Origin: Felis catus | Lineage: Eukaryota | Length of the DNA: 64,000 nt | Direction of reading: 5' to 3' | NCBI RefSeq assembly: GCF_018350175.1 | Contig: NC_058368.1 | Span: 176,950,001-177,014,000 of the forward strand | Part shown: piece by piece, positions 42,451 through 55,972 of the stretch | How positions within the stretch are numbered: position 1 is the stretch's first letter | How the letters are laid out: the number at the start of each line of letters is the position of its first letter | The notes under the pieces: model-generated | Database searches by the model: none | What the model was told of the DNA's origin: nothing | What the model saw: the letters and a program-made list of their open reading frames with translations, nothing else | Translations under genes and position numbers: made by a program

Positions 42451-43034
42451 GACACACCTGAACTTGAGCCAGAGCCAGGAAAGGAGGTGGCCCTAGAGTG
42501 AGGCGTTAGGCTTGGAAAGAAGGGGAGGTCAGGGCTCTGTGAATATTAGGCTGCAGGGATTGGATTTGACTGTGTGTGTGAGTCACAGCCGGGGAGCCTT
42601 CCAGTTTGCAGTCAGTCACCTTTCCCCTAGAGGAATAAGGGGGCAGAGAGCTTTTGTGGAGGGATGGGTGGGGCAGAGCTGATTAATTCTAGACACGTTT
42701 GCAGCAGGTCATTGTCTGGTTCCTGCTCCTGTGAACCAAGTCTGAGTTGCTGAGTTGTATTGGAGACCCAAACACATGGGGCTTGACTCCACCCTTCCCT
42801 CCCCCCCCCCCCATCTCCTTTCCCTGAAGCTTCACTGAGAGAATCCCCCAGTTGCTGTGTAACTCCAGGAGAGGTCTTCCTTCCTAAGGCACCATCACCG
42901 TTCTTGGGGTTCCAGTTAGCTTGTACCCCACTCTGACCCCAGGATTGCCCTTTCAGGAGGCTGGCCCACAGAGGGGGCTTCTCCAGACCCACCTGCTCAG
43001 GACTTGCTCTCTGCCCTGCAAGTGGTCTAGAGCC

Positions 43035-43175
43035 TAGTTACCAAAGTGTAGTCCCTGGCATTAGCATCACCTGGGAGCTTGTTAGAAATGCAGACTTGCA
43101 GGTCTGGCCCCAACCCTGCTCAATTAGAGCCTGCATTTTAACAAGATGCTCAGGTGATTGCTAAGCGCACTGCGC
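43035..43175. mobile_element. MER5A-like relic
   Basis: AGCATCACCTGGGAGCTTGTTAGAAATGCAGA...CTGCATTTTAACAAG. Confidence 0.75.
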
Positions 43176-44897
43176 CTAGGGGCAGTTTTGAGGCCATTCA
43201 GGCCCACTGGGTGCCTGTGTTGTTACCTCACCACCTCTCCTCAGAGCCCGCACTTCCTGTTACAGGGTGGAACCCCCACTGGAGCAGAGGTCCTGTGGTT
43301 GGAGAAGCAGGCCTCTGTGTCACTCACACCCGTGGCTTTCTGGCTGCCTTGATTTGCTGCCCTTCTCTGCTTGAGGGCTCTGCTGTCTTTGAGGACAGCC
43401 AGCACATTCTTAACTTGGCACATCTCTTCTTTACCCTTCTCACAGCTGCGTCTTCCTCCTGGTGGCCCCAGGAAACTGCCCTCAGCCTTGCAGCAATCTT
43501 CCTGGACATGCTGCCTTCTCCAGTGGGAGCCTGCTCTTCCAGATGTGCCCTGACCACCACGAGGGCAGCTGGACCCTTGGTCAGCTTACCACATCCTTTT
43601 TGTCCAGAAGATGCAGTTGGTGTTTTTAGCTCACACTGTTGGCTCTCACTGATGTTTCTTGTCTGTTAGGGGCTGGCTTTCAATCGCAGTCTTGTCCCCC
43701 TCTCCCAGTGTACCTGGCTCCATATGGATCATTTTCTTTCAAACCTAAATGCAGAACTTTGCTTTTATACTGGTTAAGATTTCCCCCTTGTCAGTTTCAC
43801 TTGTCATTTCCGCCTGCTTTAGCCCTGTAAAACGCCCTCGCTACTCTGGAAGTTTCATGCAGAGGAGTGCATCTGATTCACAAGTTGCTTTGTCTCCTGG
43901 TATCTCCAGAGTGAGGGGACCCTTTTTAAGTGAATCTAGTTCCCCAAGCTGTGAGCTGCCTCACACCATCTCAGAACCCCTGATTTTCTCATAATTAAGA
44001 CAAGGGAGAGCTAGGCCAAGAGAGCTGTGTGATGGCTGATACTCGTGGACAATTTATTAGGTCACCTGCTTGAGCTTAGGGTGTGACCCGCTGATCTAAC
44101 CCGACCTCATGTTGTGTGTGGGGATACTGATACTGGGGCTCTGGGAGAAGAAGGGACTAGAACCCAGGGCTCTGAGCTTCAGTTTAACACTTGCCTTAGT
44201 TACCAGCTAAGGAAGACCCATCCTGGATGGGAGATCCCTGTCACCCAGGCTTCCTATTCTGAAGTACTGCTTGCTCGGTCCCTTCACATTGACGTTGAAG
44301 CAGGTATTGCTTTACAAAAGACTCTAATCAGGGACCATAACTCTTTCCCACTTCATTGTTCCCTGGCGTGGCCGCCATGGCAGCAAAGGCCGGAAGGTCC
44401 ATCTAGGTTTTATGGCTGGGACAGGACTTAACGTTTTGACACAGTGCCTGGGGAACTAGCTGGCTGTGAACTGGGGAAGTAATGGCACCGTCTCATCTTT
44501 CTATCTTAGAAGGAACAGGTTCTCCTGGCTCCCCACGTGGTGAAGACCTTCCCGAGGACTTCCCTGGCCTATGACGCCTTAGGGATCCCAATTTGTCAGA
44601 TTCGTGTCAGGACAAGACTGATTACAGGTTTCCTGATGAGTCTTGCAGAAGCTCAAAGCCTAAACATTAGCAGTCTCCAGATAGGGAGCCCCTTTGCTCC
44701 CCTTCTTCCTGATAAACCAACATTTGGCCTCAAAGAGGAGGGTTGGATTAATTTTGGGCGGAGTCAGGGTCCTTCTCACCTAATCCTTGTGGGATGCAAA
44801 TGGATTTCAAAAGAAAATCATTTCTAGCTTATTACTAGGTACAAAGCAAATGTTACCATATCTATGGTTTCAAATTTCTTATATCATTTCAAAATTC

Positions 44898-46174
44898 TTT
44901 TTTTTTTCTTAATTTATTTTTTAAATGTTTATTCAGTTTTGAGAGACATGAGCCGGGGAGGGGCAGACAGAGAGAGGGAGACACAGAATCCGAAGCAGGC
45001 TCCAGGCTCTGAGCTGTCAGCACAGAGCCTGATGTGGGGCTCGAACCCATGAACCGTGAGATCATGACCTGAGCTGAAATCGGCTGCCCAGCCAACTGAG
45101 CCACCCAGGCGTCCCCATTTCAAAATTCTTCTTAAAAAAATCATCTTTATTCTGAAGACAAGGTAGAAAGGGGAGGGAGTGTTTGATATCCTATTGAGTA
45201 GAACGAAGCTGCCTTTAAGCAGGTTGTGGTTGCTGTTATAGCGGCAGGATGGTACTCGTGTGCTGAGCACAGAGTGAGCAAACATCAAGAGTTGGGTTGG
45301 GGGTGCCTGGGTGGCTCAGTTGGTTGAGCGGCAGACTCTTGGTTTTGGCTCAGATCATGATCTCACAGTTTATGGGTTTGTGAGTTCAAGCCTCATGTTG
45401 GACTCCCCACTGACAACACCAGAGCCTGCTTGAGATTCTCTCTGTCTCCTTTTCTCTCTGCCCCTCTCCTGTGCATGCTCTCTCTTAAAATAAAAATAAA
45501 CTTTTCTTTTTTTAATTGTTTATTTTTGAGAGAGAGTAAGAGAGAGTGTGTGTGTGTGTGTGTGTGTGTGAGCGGGGGAGGTCCAGAGAGAGAGAGGGAG
45601 ACACAGAATCTGAAGCAGGTTCCAGGCTCTGAGCTGTCAGCATAGAGCCTGACACGGGGCTCAAACTCATGAACCTCGAGATTATGACCTGAGCCGAAGT
45701 CAGAGGCTCAACTGACCCAGCCACCCAGGCGCCCCTCAAAATAAAAATAAACTTTAAGAGTTGACTTAGCAGTCTGAGATTATTTTTCTGCCTTTTTTTT
45801 TTCTTTTTAAAGATTTTATTTTTAAGTAACCTCTACCCCCAATGTGGGACTCAAACTCACAGTCCTGACACCAGGAGTCACATGCTCCACTGACTGTACC
45901 AGCCAGGCGCCCCATTTTTCTGCTTCTTAAAAAAAACTATTTTGGGGGGCGCCTGGGTGGCGCAGTCGGTTAAGCGTCCGACTTCAGCCAGGTCACGATC
46001 TCACGGTCTGTGAGTTCGAGCCCCACGTCAGGCTCTGGGCTGATGGCTCAGAGCCTGGAGCCTGTTTCCGATTCTGTGTCTCCCTCTCTCTCTGCCCCTC
46101 CCCCGTTCATGCTCTGTCTCTCTCTGTCCCAAAAATAAATAAACGTTGAAAAAAAAAAATTAAAAAAAAAAAAA
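44898..46174. mobile_element. Five Can-SINEs, one containing (GT)n
   Basis: TSDs ATTTCAAAATTCTT and AAAAAAACTATTTT. Confidence 0.85.
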
Positions 46175-46600
46175 ACTATTTTGGTTCTGATCTTATGCTG
46201 CTTGTGAGCTGTTAAAAGCCTTATGATTTTGCAAAGAACGTTTTTTTTTTTTCTTTAGGTAAAAAGAAAAACACCATCCTAATAAGTCCCATCCATTGCT
46301 TTTGACATTTTGATACATTTCCTTACAGACTTTATCAGCTTTTATGGTGAGAAAAATGTTTTAATGCAGGGTTGGAATCATACAATCAGACATACCTACA
46401 GTGTTGTATACTGTCTTTCGTTCCTAAAACATCTTTCCGTATTATTCTAAATGCTTCCTACATACTTTCTGTGATGGCTCAGTACCGCCTTGCTCTTAAT
46501 CTTACTGGATATTTAATTTTTTTTTAAATTAAATGATTTTTAAAAAAACGATTAAATGCTTATTAAGTGCTGTGTGCTGTGTTAAGCACTGTACATAATA

Positions 46601-47180
46601 TAGTCAGTTCTGCTGTAATGTAACTAAGTGTTCCTAAAAATTTTGGAGCTGTGCAAAATCAGTAAAGAATGGACGCCTTATAAGACATGCTGCTAAGGGC
46701 AGTGCTTAAAAAACGGCAGCAGGAGCCCATTAAAAAAAAAAAAAAAAAAGGAAGCTAAGAACCCCGTGGTACAGTTGTACACAAGTTTTGCAGATAAGAA
46801 ATACAAACATACTACAATAAATATAGCACTGTATGGTGAAAAAGAGCTGCCGGGTGCTGTGGCTGTGGGTGCGTTAGGGCAGGTGAAGCCGTGGGAGGAG
46901 GGTTATCTGAAATCCGGCACTAGGTGGGACCCCAGATGCGGAGGGCTGTGGCCCAGAGGCCGCTGACAGATGTTTGAGGTCCATGCCTGTGTGTTGTGGG
47001 CGTTTCTTTGCAGCTTGATTTGGGTGGATGCAGTTTTCCGTGTTCACCTAGTGTTTCTGGCAGGCAAAACTGCCCGTGAGCAAATTCACATTTAAGCGTC
47101 TTGATGAAATTGTTCCGTAATATATCAGTAGTCTTGGGACCGAGTTGGCGTGTCCAAAGTGAGCATTATGGCTGAGCTGT
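46601..47180. mobile_element. Tigger-family (Tigger13a-like) DNA transposon relic
   Basis: Left end AGTCAGTTCTGCTGTAATG with a degenerate inverted right end CATTATGGCTGAGCTG. Confidence 0.6.
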
Positions 47181-48959
47181 ACGTTGATGATGAGTTTTGC
47201 TGGTAAAGTTCTTTTTGTGTTTTAAATCCTTTTTCAGGCTAGACTCCCAGAAGGGCTTTACTGGGTTGAAGGGTATGCCTATTTGAGGATGATTTTTAAA
47301 AGAAAATGAGAGAAGTTAGTAGAGGCTTCCTTTTGCCCCTTGCTCTCGCCAAGGGCCAATCCTCTGAGTTCTCTGGGGCCTTGGAAAGGCCTGCCCTCCT
47401 TGGGGACCTCAGGTGCCCTTGGACCCAGAGAGCCATTGTTAACCCTCACCCTTCAAGTGCCATATCCTGCCCTGCGATTTCAGATGACAAAGCCGACAAA
47501 GGGGACGTTTGGTGAGGTGGGAGCCAGCTGTCGGGCCTTCCGCCCCTCCCGGCCAGAGTCATGCTTTCACCTCCTCTCCTGCCCTTAGTTTTAAGGCCCG
47601 GTTTCCGCTTCCTCTGGGGCTGCTGAGGGCTTGGCCTGTGCGCCTCCCCTCCTCCTCCTCCTCCTCCGGAAAGAGATCTGCCCCCAGGCAGTAACCTTAT
47701 TTCCGCTCAGCCTAGTGTTTCTAAATAGAAGTCCATGCTATTGTGAGTGTGTTCCTGGCTCGATCCTAAACTCAAGTGGCCCTAGCTTCCTGGGGTGTTG
47801 CCCACCTTGCGGGGTAGGGTGGCGGGGGTGGGGGTGTCTCTTGAGCAGCTGATTTAGCACTGAGACCTTTTCTGGCTGGCTCCAGAGCAGGCCCTGGCGA
47901 TGTGAGCTAAACAGCTAACCAGATCCCCACCCCCACTTCCATCTGGGTCCCCTGACCTCTGGAGGTTACCCAGACCAGGGGACAACCGCAGGGACTGCCA
48001 CCCCAAAGCCCCCAGAAAATAGCCCTGTGCCAGCTGCCGCTTAGGGCAGTACAGCAGGGTGATTAAGGGAAGAAGTTTGAGGGTCAGCAAGATCTGGGTT
48101 TCCACCTGAGCCAGTGACGTCCCACTCTGAGCCTCAGGCTCTTGTCTGTAAATGAAGGTGATAAGTCAGAGGATAGGAGGGCCAAGGTGCTTGTAGCTCC
48201 TGATCCCCACCCAGGAAGTGGGCAGGAAAGGAAGATACTTTGTTATTGTTGATGCTCTTGGTATCACAAAGAGAAGGTCCTGGCCAGTTACTGCTGTTTA
48301 ACTGGGGACCAGGAAGAAATACGTTCGTGTTTGTTGTGACAGAGAACCAGCGTGAGTTCGCTCCTTGGTGAGTCACAGGTACAGGTGGAGTTGTCCCGCA
48401 AAAACTTGTGGCAAATAAGCACATCGCGGGGAATAACTTCCAAAGCCGTGACTCCCGGAGCAAGGGTGAATGGGCTCCTTTTATTTAGGGTTGGGATGAA
48501 TAATTAGAAAGGGGAGCCTCGGCCCCAGGTAGAAGCCGGCATAAAGTCGGGCATGTACCTGGAGGAAACATACCGATAAGTATATTCTGAGTCACGTAAA
48601 TGAGGCTTGTGCTCCTTGGGCGGAGATTTTAGCTTTCTGATGAGGGAACGGTAACTGTCAGTCATTCCACAGGTCCCTCCGTGGTCCATCTGTGCAGGTG
48701 TGGGTTGGGGGTTGAGCTCAAAATGGTCCGGGGGGGTCTGGGCCGGCGGAGTTTGTCCTGGCCGTCCTTCTTGCTTGAGGGGTAGTTTCGATTTCCTTCG
48801 AGGATGCTGTGTCCATCGCGCCTTTTGCCCGAGTTAAGAGATAGTTGGAAAGAAGAGCCTGAGGAAATAGGTGGGACAAAGGTCTGTGGGAACAAGCGGG
48901 TGAGCAGTACAGGACAGGTCTTGGGGGTCTAGCTGGTGACAGTAGCTTGGCTCTTATGC

Positions 48960-49189
48960 CAGGGCTCGCCACCTCGGCACTGTTGACATTTTGGGCAGGA
49001 ATCCTTTGTTGAAGGGGCTGTCCGTGCATTATCGGGTGTTAGCAGCATCCTTCGCTTCCACTCGTTAGAAGTGCCACCAGGGCCAGCACCACCCTCCCCT
49101 CGGCCCCCCTACTTGTGACGGCCCGAAGTGTCTCCAGACATTGCCGCCTGCTCTCTGGGGGGCAGAATTGCTCTAGTTGGGCACCACTG
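48960..49189 (+). mobile_element. MER20 relic
   Basis: CCTCGGCACTGTTGACATTTTGGGC...TGTCTCCAGACATTGCC. Confidence 0.8.
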
Positions 49190-49699
49190 CCTCATTGGAG
49201 TGAACTGGCTCGATTCACTATGGCAAACAGTATTTGTTCGTGTCTGCGGGTCAGGTCCCTGAGTGTAGGATGGGAGACTCAGGCCTTGCAGCCAGGGGGA
49301 CCAGCGTTCGAATCCTGGCTGTCCCACTTAGCAGCTGTGCGATCTGAGCCTCAGTTTTCTCATGTGTACAGTGGGGCTGAGACTAGGACTCACCCCCCAC
49401 GAAGGGCACAGCAGTTGGCTCAGAGGAGGTGCTCCGTGGTGCCAGCAGCCTCCTCTGCTGCTTGGTGGGGGGAGGACACAGGGGGTTCTGCTGGGGAAAG
49501 TGGAGAAAGGGGAAGGCTTCCACCAGGCAGGGCAGGTGGGGTGGTGATAGCAAGCTGGAGAGAAGGAAGCCTGGGCCAGGAGAGAGGTCAGAGAGTGAGG
49601 CCTGAGGTTGCCGGCCTGCACACTGATTTGTGTGGCTCCCACGGTGGCTGAACCAAATTTGAAGCGATTGCCAGCATTTTGAAATCATGTGTCACATAA

Positions 49700-50835
49700 A
49701 AGCCCCCCTTCCCTCTGGCTACCACCAGTCTGTTCTCTGTATTTAGGAGTCTGTTTTTGGTTGCTTTGTTTGCTTTTTTCCCCTAGATTCCACATATAAG
49801 TGAAATCATATGGCACTGGTCTTTCTCTGACTTACTTCACTTAGCATTATACCCTCTGGGTCCATCCATGTTGTCCCAGATGGCAAGATCTCATTTCTTT
49901 TTATGGCTGATTAATAGTAACATATAAAGTCTTCTTTATCCATCTATTTACCACTGGACACATGAGTTGCTTCCATATCTTGGCTATTGTAAATAATGCT
50001 GCAGCAGACATCGAGGTGCATATGTCTTTTTGAATTCGTGTTTTCACTTTCTTTGGGTAAATACCCGTAGTAGAAATACTGGATTGTGCGGTATTTCTAT
50101 TTTTACGTTTTTGAGGAACCTCTGTCCTGTTTTCCACAGTAGCTTCAGCCGTTTGCCTTCCCGCCGGCAGTGCATGAGGGTCCCTTTTTCTGCACATCCT
50201 CACCAACACTTGTTTCTTGTTTTTTTTTTTTTTATATATATTTTTTTCAACGTTTATTTATTTTTGGGACAGAGAGAGACAGAGCATGAACGGGGGAGGG
50301 GCAGAGAGAGAGGGAGACACAGAATCGGAAACAGGCTCCAGGCTCTGAGCCATCATCAGCACAGAGCCCGACGCGGGGCTCGAACTCCCGGACCGCGAGA
50401 TCGTGACCTGGCTGAAGTCGGACGCTTAACCGACTGTGCCACCCAGGCGCCCCTGTTTCTTGTTTTTGATACTAGTCATTCTGAGTGTGAGGTGGTATCA
50501 TTGTGGTTTTGATTTGCATTTTCCTGATGATCAGTGACGGTGAGCGTCTTTTCATGTGTCTATTGGCCAGCAATTTTTTGTTTGTTGGTTCTTATTTTTC
50601 AATTCACATCCAAGTTAGTTAGCATACAGTGCAATGTTGATTTCAGGAGTAGACTCTAGCGATTCATCCCCTACGTAGAACTCCCAGTGTTCGTCCCAAC
50701 AAGTGTCCTCCTCAATGCCCATCACCCATTTAGCCCTTCCCCCCACCCACAAGCCCTCCAGTAACCCTCAGTTTGTTCTTTGTATTTAGGAGCCTCTTAT
50801 GTTTTGTCCCCCTTCCTGTTTTTATGTTATTTTGC
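49700..50835 (-). mobile_element. L1 3' fragments with a young Can-SINE insertion (~50222-50454)
   Basis: L1 ORF2 C-terminal-like ORF 49901-50209; SINE TSD TGTTTCTTGTTTT. Confidence 0.85.
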
Positions 50836-50844
50836 TGGTGGCCA

Positions 50845-51055
50845 CCAGTTTAATAGTATATTCTATTTAACCCAATATATCCAAAGTATCATTTCAGGAT
50901 ATAATCAATATAGAATAAAAGAGATATTTAATATTCTTATTCCATATTAAGTCTTTACAATTGGTTTGTGTTTTGTGTTTCCAGCACCTCTCAATCTGGG
51001 CTAGCCACATTTCAGGGGCTCAGTGGTGACGTGTGACCGCTGTTCGGTACAGTGC
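50845..51055. mobile_element. MER3/MER33-like hAT relic
   Basis: TTTAACCCAATATATCCAAA...CTAGCCACATTTCA. Confidence 0.65.
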
Positions 51056-54000
51056 AGATCTGGCCTCTGACGTTTACCAACACCTTGTGCCTTCCTCCTG
51101 GGCCCCTCTACACATTTCTGTTGCTGCCTCAAGACCAGCGGTCAGTGGGTTTGGGAGCTGGGCATGGCCGGAGGGGCTGGCTAGGGCAGGGCCAGATCAA
51201 GAATACTATTTGGGGGCCCAGTCAAGAAGGCCTCGAATGCCAAGCTGAGGAATTTGGTTGTGTTGGTTTTGAGCTCAGCTAATGTCCTGCCTGCCCTGTG
51301 TCCAGGGCCTGACCAGACCAGCCTCCCGCAGTGTTAGAGTGGAGCTAATTTTGGATGGTCACCAGAGGAGGGGAGTTGGGGGATGTCAGAGCCAGGGTTC
51401 CTGGCTGCCCAAGGCCGGGGTAGCCATTAATGAGTGAAGGCTGGGACAGAGTGGCCACACCCTGCTGGCTGGAGCAGGTGGGGGTAAGAGGAAAGGCCAG
51501 AGCTGTGGTTGGGGCCCAAGTCAGAGCCCAGGGAGAAGCACTGACGGAAGGCATCCAGTCCAAGAATGAGATGTTGTACCATGGGCGGGAGGCGTGGAAG
51601 ATTCTAGAGAGCAAGGGATGGTAGTTAGGAAGAGGCAAGAAGTTAGAGAGGATGAGGTGGGAAGGGAAACTCACATTTGCCCGGGATCAGAGATGGCGTA
51701 GGAACTTGGATGAGTTTCTGGAGTTACAGCCTGGCTCGCTGCCTCTTGCGGTGATCCTGAGAGAAGTACTTACCCGCGTGCCTCTGTGTCTTTAGCTGCA
51801 AGACGGCGGTGGGAGTAGTACTGCTGCAGGGTGGATGGAGAATGAAATAACCCAAGTGGTAAACCACTTGGCCCAGGACCTTGGAAAAGCTCAAATCCAG
51901 GTTAGCCATTGGAATTATTAATTGAGCACTTCCCGTGTGCCAGGCACTGTGGGTTCCAAGGTGAACAAGATAAATGAGTGGGGAGTTGCTCTTCTTATCC
52001 GTTCATCGTTGATGCTTCTGCCAACCTCGGGAAGGGCAAGGGTTAGTTAGCATCCTCTCTCTGCACCTGACGAAGCAGAGGCCCAGAGAGGTACCTGGAT
52101 GGACTTGCTTCGGCTCACACCGCTTCTCCGTGGCAAGGCTGGGACTTGAACCTAGATGTCTCTGGCTAGGAGCCTAAGCCTTTTCTACTGTACACTATGG
52201 AGGGAAAGATGAGGGGGCTTAGTGTGAGGAGAGATTCCCGGGCCACCTCAGTGTGGTGTCTCCTTGTGGCCTTGGCGTTTCTGTGCCCAGCGACGTGACC
52301 CTCCTCCCTAGGCCTGGCTCAACCTTAGCTGGGTCTGGGCCCCGAGATGGGGGCGGCGGCCTCTCACATGCAGAGGAAGTGGTGACTAGTGTAGGCAGGG
52401 CTCAGGCTCACAGAGGAAGTGGCGGGGGAAGCTGGGTGCTCCTGGCCTCCTCCTGGGGCTCTGGTGGGTGTGGGCGTGCTGGTGCCACAGCATCCTAAGG
52501 TTCTGGGTGCCCCTGAGTGCTGCCAGCAGGGTAGGGAGGCTTGTTACTCGAAGAGCTTCTTCCTCCCTTCCCCTTTCTCCCCACCCCCCTTCTCCCTCCT
52601 CCCCTGCACTCCCCTTCCTCTTCACTCACTCTTTTCTCTCTTCCCCTTTCTCTCTGCTTTCCCCTTTGCTACACTTTTTTTTTTTTTCCTTCCTTTCCCC
52701 ATAGCTTGCTTATTTTGTTTTCTCACTAACAGGCAATACCAGAACCAGAATTGAGGCCCTGAGACTCCAGAGGATTAACCACTGTGCTAGCGACTAAAGC
52801 ATTAACTGTAGCCAGCCTCTGTCCGGTGGGGGAGGGGCCACTGAGAGGAGTTGAAGGAAGGACATCCCTTTTCTGTCTCAGGACCTTTGCACTTGCTGCT
52901 CTCTCTGCCTCCCACTCTCTTCCCACTACTCTGTGCAACCAGGGCCCCTTCTCATCCTCTGGGTCTCGACTGACATGTCCCTTCTCAGGCCTGCTCTGAC
53001 TACCCCTCCCTGGCCATGGTGCCAGTTCCCTGCTGATTTCTTTCGGAGCTCCAGCCACAGACTGGGTTTCTTTTGCGTGTTGTCTTGTTTATTTTTCTTT
53101 CCTCTCTGGAAGATGTAAGGTCCCCGCAGGCAGGGAGTTCTCCATTTTTTTTGTGGCCAACATAGTAGATGCTCATAGCAGATGCTTAGTTAATTTCTCC
53201 TGTGTGAATGAACAACGAATGAGTAAATGCTAGCCCTAGCTTCTTCTCTGTAGGCAGGCCCAGCACTGTGCTAATGAGTGTAGGCACAGGGATCCCTGCT
53301 GAGCTTTCTCCTAGTTTCCCTGCCTCCTTGCTGTGTGACTTTGGGAAAGTCGCCTCACCTCTCTGAGCCTCGGCATCTTGAGCTGTAAAATGAGGATCGA
53401 GATAGCGCTTCCTTTAGAAAACTTAATAGAAGATGGAGACCTGGCCAGTCCTTACCACCCATAGTGCTCAGAATGGAGGGAGAGGTAAATGCCGTCGTGG
53501 TGCTGATGATTATTCCTGCTGGTTGACCAGCACACCTGGCTCCTGAGGGTTGGCAGGCAGAGTCCCTGGAGGCCCCTGGTCCGCCTCCCCTTTCTGGTCA
53601 TGCAGGAGGCTGCTTCTTACATAGAAGCTGGTGTTTCGGGTTCCCAGGGGTCAGCCGGAAGCTTCTTGCTCTCCTGCCCAAGAACGTGATAAAGAGGCTC
53701 CACCCAGCCTTTGGGAAGCTCGCTCCCTGCCTGCTCCGTTGGGTCCAGGGTGGCCGCTCTGGGTGGTGAAAGAGCAACATTCATGCCCCAGAGGGCACGC
53801 CTGCCTTTGCCCTCCTTCCTGGAAAGCTCCGGCCTGTTCTGTCTGGGAGCCCAGGCCCAATTCTTGGCCCCTGAGGCTGTTGCCACCATCAAAGCTGGCT
53901 TTGTCACCCTGAGGCAATGACCCCCTCGGAGCTGGCCTGCTTCCCTGTTTGGCCTGGAGATTCTTTCTACCTTTGTTTTGCCGCTTCGCTTCGTGGGCTC

Positions 54001-55344
54001 TGGTCCCCTGGCTCTTATTCAAGCCTCCTCCTCCCTCGAGTGCCCTCCACCCCCACCCCGCTTTGAGGTGACAGGAAACCCACTGCTGCTTCTGTTGGCC
54101 AAGGAGGGAGCGGGGGACTGGTGCCTACAGTAATGAGGAACCGGTGCCGGCTCTGGCCGAGGCTCTGCTCTGTCTGTAGACCGTCTGAGGCCGACAAGGT
54201 GAACCTCAGAAGGCCTGTGGAGCACCTCCCACCTCCCACGGGAGCCCCGCCTCCGAGGCTCCTACTTGGTGGTGCAGGAGTCCCGGCTCGGCCATTGTCG
54301 TCTTTTTGCTGTGTGACTTTAGGCGAGTGACGTTACCCCTCTGAGCCTCGGTGTCCTTTTCTGCAAAATGGGGATAATACCGTTCCTCTCACAAGTGGGA
54401 CGTAATTCTTGTCCCGCACCATGGAATACCGGCAGGAGGTATTCCCAAATGCTCACGGCAGTTTTTCTGGGAGTATCGGTGTGTTTTTTTTTTTTTTTTT
54501 TTAACTGAAGTATAATTCACGTACATGTGATGTAATGTATAATTAATGTTACTAGTTTCATCTCGTGGTGATTCCGACAGGTCTGTGTCTTTACCACCTG
54601 CAGTCTTATGAGGCCAGTACCCAAGGACACGCAGCCAGGATACAGCAGGACTGGCCTGCGCCTCGCTTCACATATTTATTACATCTCGTGTCAGCCAGGG
54701 CGTGGGGAGGGCTGTCAGCCTGCACGACCGTGAGGCATGAAGCGGCCCAGCCATTTGGAGAGCTGTCTGGCATCTCGTGATGGAGTCTCGGGCCCCTGGA
54801 TGCAGCACCATGTGACGGCGTGGAGTGGCCTGACCATATGTCCGACCCGTCATGGCCTTGCCCTTTAGCGGAGCAGTCTGCAGCTATTGGAGCTGATGCC
54901 GCGGCAGAGTGTCCTGTGATCCACAGGGCCGATCGTGACGCCTTGTTAAATGGCATGACCGTCACCGCGTACAATACACGAGCATACTGGTCAGTGAAGT
55001 GAAAATGACAAATCAGTGTGTACAGTTTAACCCCACTTTTATAAGGTATGGGAGAACATATCCGTGGAGAGAGAGAATAGTGAACAAACACTTGTGGGGT
55101 GCTCACTTCGGGCCAGCCCTGCCCCGAGCGTCGGTCACATAATTAATTAGCTCAATGAATGCCCACAACAGCCGCGAGGCAGGAACTGCTTAGCAAAAGG
55201 AGGAGAGTGAGGGACAGAGAGGCCACATAAGTCCCCTGGGGTCACACAGCTGGGAAATGTTAGGGTGGGTTCAGCCACAGCAGGCACAGGCAAGAGGTGC
55301 TACAAAGTGCTGCAGGCAGTTTTCTCTGGGATTATGGGTGTTTT

Positions 55345-55823
55345 TCTTTAACTGAAGTATAAGTAATGCACAGTGTTCTATTACGTGGAGCATGTAACGA
55401 TTCAGTAGTTCAGTGTCAAACTCCGTGCTCACCACGGTCAGCGGTTGCCATCTGTCCCCAAACAACATTATCACAGTATCATTGACTACATCCCCTATAC
55501 TGTAATTTTTATCTCCATGACTTATTTTATAACTGGACGTTTGTACCTCTTAATCCCCTTTATTTCACCATCCCCCACCCACCTCCCCTCTGGCAACAAC
55601 CAGTTCTCTGTATTTAAGAGTCTATCTGTTGGTTCATTTGTGTGTTTTTTAGATTCCTTATAAAAGTGAAATCATAAGGTGTTTGTCTTTCCATCTCATT
55701 TTGTTTCGCTTAGCGTGATACCCTCTAGGTCTGCTCAAGGGATTATGGGTGGTTTGATTGTCTTCTTTGTAATAATACATTTTGAAGACTCTTTTGTTTT
55801 TTAATGTTTATTTTTGGGGGGGG

Positions 55824-55870
<47 letters not shown>

Positions 55871-55972
55871 AGAGAGATTGAGAATCCCAAGCAGGGGCTC
55901 AAACTCACAAACTGTGAGATCATGACCTGGGCTGAAATCAAGAGTTGGATGCTCAACCGACTAAGGCAGCCC
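55345..55972 (-). mobile_element. L1 3'UTR fragment (55345-55735) and Can-SINE (~55795-55972)
   Basis: Carnivore L1 3' end motifs; SINE with (GA)n. Confidence 0.7.
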
